Positions 8,773 through 16,648 of a stretch of 43,219 nt of DNA are shown one piece after another. Origin of the DNA: an uncultured Candidatus Saccharibacteria bacterium (GTDB lineage: Bacteria > Patescibacteriota > Minisyncoccia > Minisyncoccales > CG1-02-41-26). Within the stretch, counting starts at the first letter, position 1. The number at the start of each line of letters is the position of its first letter. Location of the stretch: the NCBI GenBank assembly GCA_964651635.1, contig CAZYWT010000004.1, positions 1 through 43,219 on the forward strand, given 5' to 3'. Under the pieces are notes generated by a model that saw only the letters and a list, made by a program, of their open reading frames with translations, was not told where the DNA came from and did not search any database. The position numbers and the translations under genes were made by a program.

Positions 8773-8832
8773 TCCAAGCCGAAATTGCTCCGCGATAGGG
8801 CAGGAGGAAAGAGTAAGAAATTCTAATATATG
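8773..8832 (+). promoter_or_regulatory. conserved ~60-nt leader upstream of rpsN, paralogous to the rpsQ leader
   Basis: TCCAAGCCGAAATTGCTCCGCGATAGGGCAGGAGGAAAGAGTAAGAAATTCTAATATATG aligns with 6808-6866. The last 20 nt before the ATG are identical. Confidence 0.6.
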
Positions 8833-9015
8833 CCGAAAAAATCACAAATAGCAAAAACAGAAAAAAAGCCGAAATATAAAACTCGCAAAGTGAGGAGATG
8901 TTTTAGATGCGGGAGAAGAAGAGGTTTTATTAGGGACTTTGGCTTGTGTCGGATATGTTTTAGAGAAATGTCAAGTAAAGGCGAGATTCCGGGGATTAAA
9001 AAATCATCTTGGTAA
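8830..9015 (+). CDS. rpsN: 30S ribosomal protein S14, type Z (zinc-binding)
   Basis: 61-aa ORF with CxxC...CxxC ([20 protein letters not shown]) and a C-terminal W. Confidence 0.95.
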   Translation: MPKKSQIAKTEKKPKYKTRKVRRCFRCGRRRGFIRDFGLCRICFREMSSKGEIPGIKKSSW

Positions 9016-9022
9016 AATATAT

Positions 9023-9409
9023 ATGGATACTATAGCAGACGCTTTAACAAGGGTAAGAAACGCGCAAGCGGTTGGCAAGGAGTTTGTTCTAATTTCATAC
9101 TCCAAACCAGTTTTAGAAATTTCCAAAATTTTAGTTAAGTCGGGATTTTTATCTCAACTTAAAAAAGTTAAAAGAGAGGGCAAAAAATACATAAAGGTTT
9201 ATTTGAAATATACAGAAGGTAAGGGAGCGATAGAGGGTATTAAAAAAATATCTTGTCCCGGACGAAGGTTTTATAAAAAAGCGAAAGAAATAAAAAAAGT
9301 AAGGAGCGGTTTTGGAATTTCTATTATTTCCACTTCCGGGGGTATAATGACGGGAAAAGAAGCCCGCTCTAAAAATTTGGGAGGAGAGATGATTTGCGAG
9401 GTTTGGTAA
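9023..9409 (+). CDS. rpsH: 30S ribosomal protein S8 (uS8)
   Basis: The track ORF 8939-9409 overlaps rpsN. The in-frame ATG at 9023 (MDTIADALTRVRNA) is the canonical uS8 start. Confidence 0.94.
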   Translation: MDTIADALTRVRNAQAVGKEFVLISYSKPVLEISKILVKSGFLSQLKKVKREGKKYIKVYLKYTEGKGAIEGIKKISCPGRRFYKKAKEIKKVRSGFGISIISTSGGIMTGKEARSKNLGGEMICEVW

Positions 9410-9424
9410 TAATTTTTATATAAT

Positions 9425-9967
9425 ATGTCCAGAATAGGCAAACAACCAATAAAAATAGAAGAGGGTGTTTCGGTAGAAGTAAAAAGCGATATTGTTTTTG
9501 TAAAAAGCCCCAAAGGGGGCTTGAATTTTAAGTTGCCCCCCGGGATAAAGGCAAAAGTGAAAAACAGCGATTTAATAGTAGAAATGTTGAATAAAACAAA
9601 GAAAACGCCCGGTTTTTGGGGGCTTACTCGCTCTATATTGTTTAATATGGTAAAGGGAGTAAAAGAGGGTTTTTCTAAAAAATTGATAATAGAAGGAGTC
9701 GGATTTAAGGCGGCTTTGGAAGGAGAGAAAAGATTAAAGTTGGATATGGGATTTTCTCATCCGGTTTTTATTGCTATCCCCGAAGATTTAGAAGTTCAAG
9801 TGGCGAAAAACGAAATTACAATTTCGGGAATAGACAAACAAAAAGTGGGGGAGTTGGCGGCAAAAATTAGAAAGGTTAGGCCTCCCGAGCCGTATAAGGG
9901 AAAAGGTATAAGATATTCAGACGAGGTGGTAAGAAGAAAAGAGGGTAAAAAAGCCGGCGCAGTTTAA
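9425..9967 (+). CDS. rplF: 50S ribosomal protein L6 (uL6)
   Basis: 180-aa ORF with MSRIGKQPI start and PEPYKGKGIRY motif. Confidence 0.96.
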   Translation: MSRIGKQPIKIEEGVSVEVKSDIVFVKSPKGGLNFKLPPGIKAKVKNSDLIVEMLNKTKKTPGFWGLTRSILFNMVKGVKEGFSKKLIIEGVGFKAALEGEKRLKLDMGFSHPVFIAIPEDLEVQVAKNEITISGIDKQKVGELAAKIRKVRPPEPYKGKGIRYSDEVVRRKEGKKAGAV

Positions 9968-10005
9968 TTTATTTTTTAAAAGTTGTTTTTAGAAAATTAG
10001 AAAAT

Positions 10006-10353
10006 ATGAGGAAAAACATTTCGGCAAAAAAAAGAAGACAATTAAGAACGAGAGCCAAAATAAAAGGAACAAAAGAGGTTCCCCGACTTTCCGTTTTTCG
10101 CTCCCACAATCATATCTATGCCCAACTTATAAACGACGAAGAAAATAAAACAATAGGCAGAGCGACCGATTTTGAATTGAAAAGCAAAAAGAGTAAAAAA
10201 ACGGAAAAAGCAAAAAAGGTGGGAGAAGCGCTCGCGAAAAAAGCTCGGGATTTGGGAGTGGAGAAAATTGTTTTTGACCGCGGCGGTTATAAATATCACG
10301 GCCGAGTAAAAGCGTTGGCGGAAGGCGCTCGCCAGAGGGGATTAAAATTTTAA
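10006..10353 (+). CDS. rplR: 50S ribosomal protein L18 (uL18)
   Basis: 115-aa ORF with RLSVFRSHNHIYAQLI and FDRGGYKYHGRVKALAEGAR motifs. Confidence 0.95.
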   Translation: MRKNISAKKRRQLRTRAKIKGTKEVPRLSVFRSHNHIYAQLINDEENKTIGRATDFELKSKKSKKTEKAKKVGEALAKKARDLGVEKIVFDRGGYKYHGRVKALAEGARQRGLKF

Positions 10354-10361
10354 ATATTTTT

Positions 10362-11009
10362 ATGGTTGAAAAAGAAACAAAAAAAACAAAAAAAACAACA
10401 AAGACAAATAAAACGAAAAACGAGGAAAATTCTAAAGTAAAATCTGCTTCGCAAAAAAATTATAAACGCGGTAATCCGCGAGCGGACAAAAAATCTTTTT
10501 CCGGCTCTGCCGGCGGCGGGAGGAATAATAGAGGGGGCAAAGGTAAATTTGGCGAAAAAGAGAAAAAAGATGTTGAATCCCAAACGCTTGATTTGGCGAG
10601 AGTTGTCAAAGTTACCGGCGGAGGAAAACAACTTCATTTTAGAGCGGTGGTTGTTTCCGGCGATAAGAACGGAAAAATAGGGGTGGGCGTTAGAAAAGGC
10701 CGAGATGTGGCTCAAGCCATAGACAAAGCCACTCGTGATTCGCAAAAAAATATGATACAAATTCCCTTTTCCCAAGAAACCATTCCTCACGAAGTAATGG
10801 CTAAATATGGTTCTGCCGTTGTTTTGCTTCGCCCTCAAGAAAAGGGCAGGGGGGTAGTGGCCGGCGGCGTTGTTAGGGTTATTTGTAATCTGTCCGGGAT
10901 AAAAAACATATCCTCCAAGTTAATTTCTCGCTCGCGAAATAAATTAAATATAGCTCGGGCTACGGTTTTGGCGCTAAAAAATCTAAAATCAAACAAAAAA
11001 CAACAATAA
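10362..11009 (+). CDS. rpsE: 30S ribosomal protein S5 (uS5) with Lys-rich N-terminal extension
   Basis: 215-aa ORF. The core VVKVTGGGKQLHFRAVVVSGDKNGKIGVGVRKG is uS5. The first ~60 aa are K/N/G-rich. Confidence 0.93.
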   Translation: MVEKETKKTKKTTKTNKTKNEENSKVKSASQKNYKRGNPRADKKSFSGSAGGGRNNRGGKGKFGEKEKKDVESQTLDLARVVKVTGGGKQLHFRAVVVSGDKNGKIGVGVRKGRDVAQAIDKATRDSQKNMIQIPFSQETIPHEVMAKYGSAVVLLRPQEKGRGVVAGGVVRVICNLSGIKNISSKLISRSRNKLNIARATVLALKNLKSNKKQQ

Positions 11010-11040
11010 TTTTTAAGATATAAAACAAACGCAAAAATAT

Positions 11041-11451
11041 ATGCAAATTCACGAATTAAAATCCGACAAAAAAAAGAAAAAGAAAAGAGTGGGTCGGGGC
11101 GGAAAAAGAGGAACCTATTCCGGACGGGGCGTTAAAGGGCAAAAAGCCCGCGCCGGAACAAGAAAAAACGAGCCGATTATCCGTAAATTTATAAAACAAT
11201 TTCATAAATTAAGCGGCTATAAAAGAAAATCTCGAAATTCTTGGAGTAGGGTTGTTTCTTTAACTAAAATAAACGATAATTTTAAGGAGAGGGACATTGT
11301 TTCTCCCAAAACTCTTTGTCAAAAAGGGATTATAAAAAAGAAAAGCGGCAGATATCCCAAAATAAAGATATTAGACGGAGAATTAAATAAAAAACTTAAA
11401 TTTCAAAATTGTTCTTTTTCCGCTTCCGCAAAAAAGAAGATAAATAAATAA
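11041..11451 (+). CDS. rplO: 50S ribosomal protein L15 (uL15)
   Basis: 136-aa ORF with KRVGRGGKRGTYSGRGVKGQKAR motif. It directly follows rpsE. Confidence 0.92.
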   Translation: MQIHELKSDKKKKKKRVGRGGKRGTYSGRGVKGQKARAGTRKNEPIIRKFIKQFHKLSGYKRKSRNSWSRVVSLTKINDNFKERDIVSPKTLCQKGIIKKKSGRYPKIKILDGELNKKLKFQNCSFSASAKKKINK

Positions 11452-11458
11452 CATTTTT

Positions 11459-12742
11459 ATGGAACTCTTGAAAAAAATCGGAATAATTTTCAAAGATAGA
11501 CAGCTCCGAAACAGAATACTTTTTGTTTTGGCAATTTTTACCGTATTTAGATTGGCGGCAAATATTCCTCTTCCCGGCATTGATTTGGAAAATTTAAGAA
11601 AGTTTTTTTCCGAAAGCCAGTTTTTCGGATTGCTTAACCTTTTTGTGGGCGGAGCAATGAGCAACCTTTCTATAATAATGCTTGGCTTGGGACCCCATAT
11701 TACCGCCGTTATAATTTTACAACTTCTTACAATGATATTTCCCGCTTTGGAGAAAATGTATAAAGAAGAGGGAGAAGAAGGAAAAAGGAAGTTTCAGCAA
11801 TACGGGCGACTCGCCACCCCTCCTTTGGCGGCTTTGCAGGGTTATGGAATGTTGGCGCTTTTGCAAAAACAAGGAGCGATAGAAGCGCTTTCTTCCGTCC
11901 AGATTTTAACGGCTATAATAACAATAACGGCTGGCTCTGTTTTTTTGATGTGGCTGGGAGAAGTTTTGTCGGAGAAGGGGATAGGAAACGGCGTTTCTCT
12001 TTTGATATTCGCTGGAATTGTGGCTCGCACGCCGGCCGAGATTAGACAAATGATTGTTTCTTGGGATTCTTCCCACCTTCCTTCTTATTTGTTTTTCTTT
12101 GCCGCCGCTTTCCTTATAATTTACGGGGTGGTTATAATTACCGAAGCCCGCCGAAATATACCCGTTTCTTACGCCAAAAGAGTGCGGGGAAGAAAAATGT
12201 ATGGGGGAGTTTCCACCTATTTGCCGATGAATATAAACCCGGCCGGAGTAATTCCAATTATATTCGCTCTGGCTCTTATGCTTTTTCCCAATATGCTTGC
12301 CAATTTTTTGCAAGGAACCGACAGCGTTTTTTTGTTGAGCGTAGCGGAATGGATAAAAGCATTTTTAGCCAACGCTTGGGTTTACGGCGCTCTTTTCTTT
12401 TTGTTGGTTTTTCTTTTTACCTATTTTTACACCGCCGTTACTTTCGACCCTCAATCAATTTCGGAAAACTTAAAAAAAATGGGCGGATTTATTCCCGGCA
12501 TAAGACCGGGAGAGGCCACAGCGCAATTTATCCATAGAATACTTTATCGGGTTTTGTTTGTGGGAGCTATTTTCTTGGGACTTATAGCCGTTATGCCTTC
12601 TATTGTTCAAGGAGTGAGCGGAGTGGAAACATTTGGATTTTTAATTGGAGGCACCGCTATTTTAATTGTGGTAAATGTGGTTATTGAGACATGGAGACAA
12701 ATAAAATCTCAAATAGAAATGAAAGAATATGAAAACTTTTAA
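11459..12742 (+). CDS. secY: preprotein translocase subunit SecY
   Basis: 427-aa polytopic membrane ORF at the syntenic position. LNLFVGGAMSNLSIIMLGLGPHITA is typical of SecY. Confidence 0.96.
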   Translation: MELLKKIGIIFKDRQLRNRILFVLAIFTVFRLAANIPLPGIDLENLRKFFSESQFFGLLNLFVGGAMSNLSIIMLGLGPHITAVIILQLLTMIFPALEKMYKEEGEEGKRKFQQYGRLATPPLAALQGYGMLALLQKQGAIEALSSVQILTAIITITAGSVFLMWLGEVLSEKGIGNGVSLLIFAGIVARTPAEIRQMIVSWDSSHLPSYLFFFAAAFLIIYGVVIITEARRNIPVSYAKRVRGRKMYGGVSTYLPMNINPAGVIPIIFALALMLFPNMLANFLQGTDSVFLLSVAEWIKAFLANAWVYGALFFLLVFLFTYFYTAVTFDPQSISENLKKMGGFIPGIRPGEATAQFIHRILYRVLFVGAIFLGLIAVMPSIVQGVSGVETFGFLIGGTAILIVVNVVIETWRQIKSQIEMKEYENF

Positions 12743-13388
12743 TACCTTCACTTTCATAGGACGCTCCGGCTCCGGAAAAGGAACTCAAATAAATTTTTTA
12801 GAAAAAGAACTTTCTTCTCTCCGCCATCTCTACGCTGGTAAAATTTTTCGTTCAATTACAAAAAAAGAAACGGAAATGAGCCAAAAAATTAAAGAGATTG
12901 CCGACAGGGGAGAACTTATTCCTTCTTTTTTGGCGTTTAGTTTGTGGGCGAGCGAGTTTTCTTTTGTTGTAAAAAAGGGGGAGTCGGTGGCTTTTGAGGG
13001 CTCTCCGCGAACAACCGAAGAAGCAAAATGGATGAAAAAGTTTCTTTCCTTTTTAGGCAGATGGGAAAGGACGGTTCATATTGTGATTGATATTTCCGAA
13101 GAAGAAGCGCGGGAGCGAATTTTAAGCAGAAGAGTTTGCGAAGATTGTAAAAAAACTTTGTCTGTGAGGGAAAAACCGATAGAGAAATGTCCCGATTGCG
13201 GGGGAGAGTTGATAAGACGCCATGACGACGAGCCGGAAGCGATAAAAAGAAGAATGGATTTTTATAAAAAAGATGTGGTTCCCGCCATAAAATATTTAGA
13301 AGAAAACGGCAATTTAATTAACATAAACGGAGAGCAATCTCCGCAAGAAGTTTTCGCCGAGATAAAAAAGAAACTTCAATCGCTCTAA
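12729..13388 (+). CDS. adk: adenylate kinase with zinc LID
   Basis: 219-aa ORF with P-loop GRSGSGKGTQ, LID CEDC...CPDCGGELIRRHDD, and synteny after secY. Confidence 0.9.
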   Translation: MKTFNTFTFIGRSGSGKGTQINFLEKELSSLRHLYAGKIFRSITKKETEMSQKIKEIADRGELIPSFLAFSLWASEFSFVVKKGESVAFEGSPRTTEEAKWMKKFLSFLGRWERTVHIVIDISEEEARERILSRRVCEDCKKTLSVREKPIEKCPDCGGELIRRHDDEPEAIKRRMDFYKKDVVPAIKYLEENGNLININGEQSPQEVFAEIKKKLQSL

Positions 13389-13401
13389 TTTTTAATTTTT
13401 G

Positions 13402-14154
13402 ATGACCCTTAAGACAAAAAAAGAAATCGCCAAAATGGCGGAAGGGGGGAAAATCCTTTCCGAAATTCTTCGCCAAACAATAGAGAAAGCGAAAGAGGGA
13501 GAAACAACAAGAAATTTAGATAAATTCGCGGAAAACCTCGCGCTTAGATATAAATCCGAATCGGCTTTTAAGGGCTTTTACGGATTTCCGTCCGCTCTTT
13601 GCGCTTCTCTTAACTCTCAAATTGTCCACGGCGTTCCCGACAATAGGGAATTAAGAAGGGGAGATATTTTGTCTTTGGATATGGGAATTAAATATAAGGG
13701 ATTTTACGCCGATATGGCGCGAACAATATATATAGGAGAACCCGAAGACGCCGATTTTGAAGCGCTTCGCCTTATAAAAGCCACCAAAAAAGCGCTCAAG
13801 GTAGGGATAAAAAAAGCGCGGGCGGGAAATACATTTGGCGATGTGGGAAACACAATCCAAAGATTTTTAGAAGGGCAAAAATTTAGGGTAATTCGCGACC
13901 TTTGCGGACACGGCGTAGGAAAACAACTCCATGAAGAACCGCAAATTTTAAACTACGGCCGAAGGGGAGAGGGCGAAGAAATAAAGCCGGGAATGGTGTT
14001 TTGTTTGGAGCCGATGGCGTCTCTCGGCGATTGGAGAATAAAAAAAGGACGAGACGGTTTTTCTTTTGAGACAAAAGACGGCTCTATATCGGCTCATTTT
14101 GAAGATATGGTGGCGATTGGACAAAATGGAGAACCCAAAACCCTAACAAAATAA
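13402..14154 (+). CDS. map: type I methionine aminopeptidase
   Basis: About 250 aa. Metal ligands sit in the DMG..YADMART, GHGVG and CLEPM contexts. The start may be TTG at 13399 or ATG at 13402. Confidence 0.95.
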   Translation: MTLKTKKEIAKMAEGGKILSEILRQTIEKAKEGETTRNLDKFAENLALRYKSESAFKGFYGFPSALCASLNSQIVHGVPDNRELRRGDILSLDMGIKYKGFYADMARTIYIGEPEDADFEALRLIKATKKALKVGIKKARAGNTFGDVGNTIQRFLEGQKFRVIRDLCGHGVGKQLHEEPQILNYGRRGEGEEIKPGMVFCLEPMASLGDWRIKKGRDGFSFETKDGSISAHFEDMVAIGQNGEPKTLTK

Positions 14155-14159
14155 AACAA

Positions 14160-14430
14160 AAGCAGGGCGGTTGCTTAGTCCGACTAAGCAACCGGGCGGT
14201 TGCCCCAAGCCAGAGTTGCTTCGCAACACGGTTCGGGACTTGTCCCAAGCCAAAGCAAGGCGCTATTTGAGATAAACAAACATTCAAAACACAACCATAA
14301 TTATCCATAACAAAATTGGACGATCGTCCGATTTTGTTATGGATTTATGCCAAAGCGACAGAAATGCCAGAGATTTGTTAGAGACCCGTTCTCTGGCAAA
14401 TCGCCTGCGAAGCGGGTTTCTGGTTTTTTT
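14160..14430 (+). repeat. intergenic repeat element, copy A (~265 bp, hairpin-rich, ends in a T-run)
   Basis: 98-99% identical to 14797-15067 and 16328-16601. Modules: GGTTGCTTAGT-ccg-ACTAAGCAACC hairpin, second GGGCGGTTGC, GTTGC-ttc-GCAAC, GGGA-cttg-TCCC, the 38-nt hairpin CCATAACAAAAT...ATTTTGTTATGG (14305-14342), and a terminal stem plus T7. Confidence 0.95.
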
Positions 14431-14452
14431 GAACTCTGATTTTTTGATATAT

Positions 14453-14482
14453 AAAAAAAGCGGAACAAGTGTTCCGCTTTTT
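14453..14482. terminator. bidirectional intrinsic terminator
   Basis: A7-GCGGAAC-aagt-GTTCCGC-T5. On the minus strand it lies immediately 3' of the 14497-14682 gene. Confidence 0.8.
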
Positions 14483-14496
14483 GGGTGGAGAGAACT

Positions 14497-14682
14497 TTAC
14501 CCTTTTGCTAGGAAGAATACTCCTAGCCAGAATAGGATAAAGAGAATCTTCCACCCCAGGAGGAGTCCCAGTCCTACTATTAGGGACCCCACCAGCGTAA
14601 CTCCTCCCATAAAGAGCGCCACAAAAACAATAGCGCCCCAGAGAAACGGGAGGAACTCTTTTTTTATAAATTCCATCATCAA
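14497..14682 (-). CDS. small two-TM hydrophobic protein (61 aa)
   Basis: AAGGAGG Shine-Dalgarno 5 nt upstream of the ATG. Near-consensus promoter upstream and a terminator downstream. Two predicted TM helices. Confidence 0.75.
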   Translation of the reverse strand: MMMEFIKKEFLPFLWGAIVFVALFMGGVTLVGSLIVGLGLLLGWKILFILFWLGVFFLAKG

Positions 14683-14745
14683 ACCTCCTTTTTTACTTAT
14701 TTTTTAAGGAGAGGGGAGAGAATATCTCACCCTCTCTCTATCTGT

Positions 14746-14775
14746 ATTATAACATAACGCACCTATATTTGTCAA
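14746..14775 (-). promoter_or_regulatory. near-consensus sigma70 promoter for the small membrane protein gene
   Basis: On the minus strand: TTGACA (14775-14770), 18-nt spacer, TATAAT (14751-14746). A GAGAGGG...CCCTCTC hairpin lies in the leader. Confidence 0.7.
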
Positions 14776-14796
14776 GCCCAGCGTAAGCCATAATAA

Positions 14797-15067
14797 GCAA
14801 AACGGGCGGTTGATTAGTCCGACTAAGCAACCGGGCGGTTGCCCCAAGCCAGAGTTGCTTCGCAACATGGTTCGGGACTTGTCCCAAGCCAAAGCAAGGC
14901 GCGATTTGAGATAAACAAACATTCAAAACACAACCATAATTATCCATAACAAAATTGGACGATCGTCCGATTTTGTTATGGATTTATGCCAAAGCGACAG
15001 AAATGCCAGAGATTTGTTAGAGACCCGCTCTCTGGCAAATCGCCGGCGAAGCGGGTTTCTGGTTTTT
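14797..15067 (+). repeat. intergenic repeat element, copy B
   Basis: Direct repeat of copies A and C. It carries a few point differences (for example TTGATTAG, CAACATGG, GCGCGATT). Confidence 0.95.
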
Positions 15068-15084
15068 AAAACACCTCAAATTGC

Positions 15085-15113
15085 TTGCATTTCTTTTAAG
15101 TTTGTGCTATTAT
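15085..15113 (+). promoter_or_regulatory. candidate promoter of the WG-repeat lipoprotein gene
   Basis: TTGCAT (15085-15090), 17-nt spacer ending in TGC (extended -10), TATTAT (15108-15113). Confidence 0.6.
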
Positions 15114-15169
15114 ACAGACAACTAATAATTAGCAGGTTAACAAATTAATAATCAACAGGAGGAAAAAAA

Positions 15170-16288
15170 ATGAAACTCCAAAAGTTTTTTGCAGTTCTCG
15201 CCATTTTTTTTCTTTTGCTTTTTTCCTGCGTTCAGGAAAAAACGAAAGAAAATATTGTCATTAATGAGGAGAAATTTCCTCCTCATTTAATTCCGGGCGA
15301 GATCCTTCGCTACGGGAATCGTTTACATAGCGAAGGATTAATTGTAGTTAGAGGGTGGGACAAAAAAATGTTTCACCTCAATTTATCGGGCGCTCCTATC
15401 TACGAGGAGCGCTACACGATTGTCGGGAATTTTAAGGAGGGATTGGCAATAGCCTATGATGACGGGTGGTGCCATATCAAAAAAAATGGCGACCCCGCCT
15501 ACAAGAAAAGGTACAGACATGTGGGTTCCTTTTCCGAAGGATTGGCGGTGGTGGAAACATTTGAAGGAGAATTGTATCATATTCTCCCCAATGGTTCTCC
15601 CGCCTATAAAGAGCGGTATAATCCACAAGAGCATAGAATTCTTGCTCTATGGAAAATGGCATTTTCCGAAGGATTGGCTGCAATGAAAAATGGAGATGGA
15701 GAGGGTTGGTTCCATATTAGAAAAAATGGGGACCCCGCCTACAAGAAAAGATACAGACATGTGGGTTCCTTTTCCGAGGGTTTAGCCCCAGCGGACAACG
15801 GAAAAGAGCTAGGGGCTTTCCACATAGATAGGAGTGGTAATCCTATTTATGAAGAAAGATTTAGGGTAGTTAAGTCCTTTTACCAAGGAATAGCTTTAGT
15901 GTTAGACAAGAATTTTAATGCATTTTTTATCGACAGAACTGGAAGACCGATTTTTGGAGATAAAAAATGGAAATTCGCCTGGAGATCTTTTCGAGAAGGA
16001 ATGGCGGCGGTGGTATCAGAAAACCACGGTCGTCGAGAATCATATCATATTAATCTTACGGGAAATGCAGCTTATGAAAAGCGGTTTAAATTCGTAAGTT
16101 CCTTTTTCGAAGGATTAGCGGTGGTGGAAACATTTGAAGGAGAATGGTATCATATTCTCCCCGATGGTTCTCCCGCCTATAAGGAGCGGTATAGGGGCGC
16201 AGAGAGCTTCAGGAATGGAATCGCGGTGGTAGAAGATAGCATAGGGGTCTCTCTTATTATAAATAAGAAGGGCCAGATAATAAAATAA
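15170..16288 (+). CDS. WG/beta-repeat lipoprotein
   Basis: 372-aa ORF with AGGAGG Shine-Dalgarno. Signal peptide with lipobox LLFSC. Repeated F.EGLA.V....G..YHI...G.PAYK.RY units resemble WG-containing repeats. Near-identical internal DNA segments. Confidence 0.8.
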   Translation: MKLQKFFAVLAIFFLLLFSCVQEKTKENIVINEEKFPPHLIPGEILRYGNRLHSEGLIVVRGWDKKMFHLNLSGAPIYEERYTIVGNFKEGLAIAYDDGWCHIKKNGDPAYKKRYRHVGSFSEGLAVVETFEGELYHILPNGSPAYKERYNPQEHRILALWKMAFSEGLAAMKNGDGEGWFHIRKNGDPAYKKRYRHVGSFSEGLAPADNGKELGAFHIDRSGNPIYEERFRVVKSFYQGIALVLDKNFNAFFIDRTGRPIFGDKKWKFAWRSFREGMAAVVSENHGRRESYHINLTGNAAYEKRFKFVSSFFEGLAVVETFEGEWYHILPDGSPAYKERYRGAESFRNGIAVVEDSIGVSLIINKKGQIIK

Positions 16289-16294
16289 TCAAAC

Positions 16295-16318
16295 GCCCGG
16301 CATTTGCCGGGCTTTTTT
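16295..16318 (+). terminator. intrinsic terminator of the WG-repeat gene
   Basis: GCCCGGC-attt-GCCGGGC followed by T6. Confidence 0.85.
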
Positions 16319-16327
16319 ATTAAATAA

Positions 16328-16601
16328 AGCAAAACGGGCGGTTGCTTAGTCCGACTAAGCAACCGGGCGGTTGCCCCAAGCCAGAGTTGCTTCGCAACAC
16401 GGTTCGGGACTTGTCCCAAGCCAAAGCAAGGCGCTATTTGAGATAAACAAACATTCAAAACACAACCATAATTATCCATAACAAAATTGGACGATCGTCC
16501 GATTTTGTTATGGATTTATGCCAAAGCGACAGAAATGCCAGAGATTTGTTAGAGATCCGCTCTCTGGCAAATCGCCGGCGAAGCGGGTTTCTGGTTTTTT
16601 T
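16328..16601 (+). repeat. intergenic repeat element, copy C
   Basis: Direct repeat of copies A and B. It starts right after the WG-gene terminator and ends in a T-run. Confidence 0.95.
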
Positions 16602-16648
16602 CTTTTTTTGGATTTGGGGTTTCTATTTTTTATTGCTATAATCTTTAT

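Noticed and set aside
12061-12537. 158-aa plus-strand ORF inside secY, and an 85-aa Arg/Gly-rich ORF at 35146-35403 inside mreB.
   Set aside because: These are out-of-frame overlaps with well-supported genes. Their Arg-rich composition is the signature of frame-shifted GC-richer coding sequence.
14339-14707. Plus-strand 122-aa ORF spanning repeat copy A, the terminator and the antisense of the small membrane gene.
   Set aside because: It starts inside the foldback hairpin and crosses a strong terminator. It is antisense to a gene with far better expression signals. It has a Pro/Ser/Arg-rich composition typical of wrong-frame translation.
14084-16479. Minus-strand ORFs 14084-14308, 14747-14947 and 16177-16479, all starting MDNYGCVLNVCLSQIAPCFGLGQVPN..., look like a conserved small-protein family.
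   Set aside because: They lie entirely within the repeat copies. They have no ribosome-binding site, and their ATG is part of the CCATAACAAAAT foldback. Their C-termini differ because they simply run out of the repeat. The few inter-copy differences are mostly non-synonymous. The conservation is explained by the DNA/RNA repeat, not by coding.
14160-16601. Possibility that the three regularly recurring repeats are a CRISPR array.
   Set aside because: The repeat units are ~265 bp, not 25-40 bp. The spacers are 366 and 1260 bp long and contain complete genes with promoters and terminators. No cas genes are adjacent.
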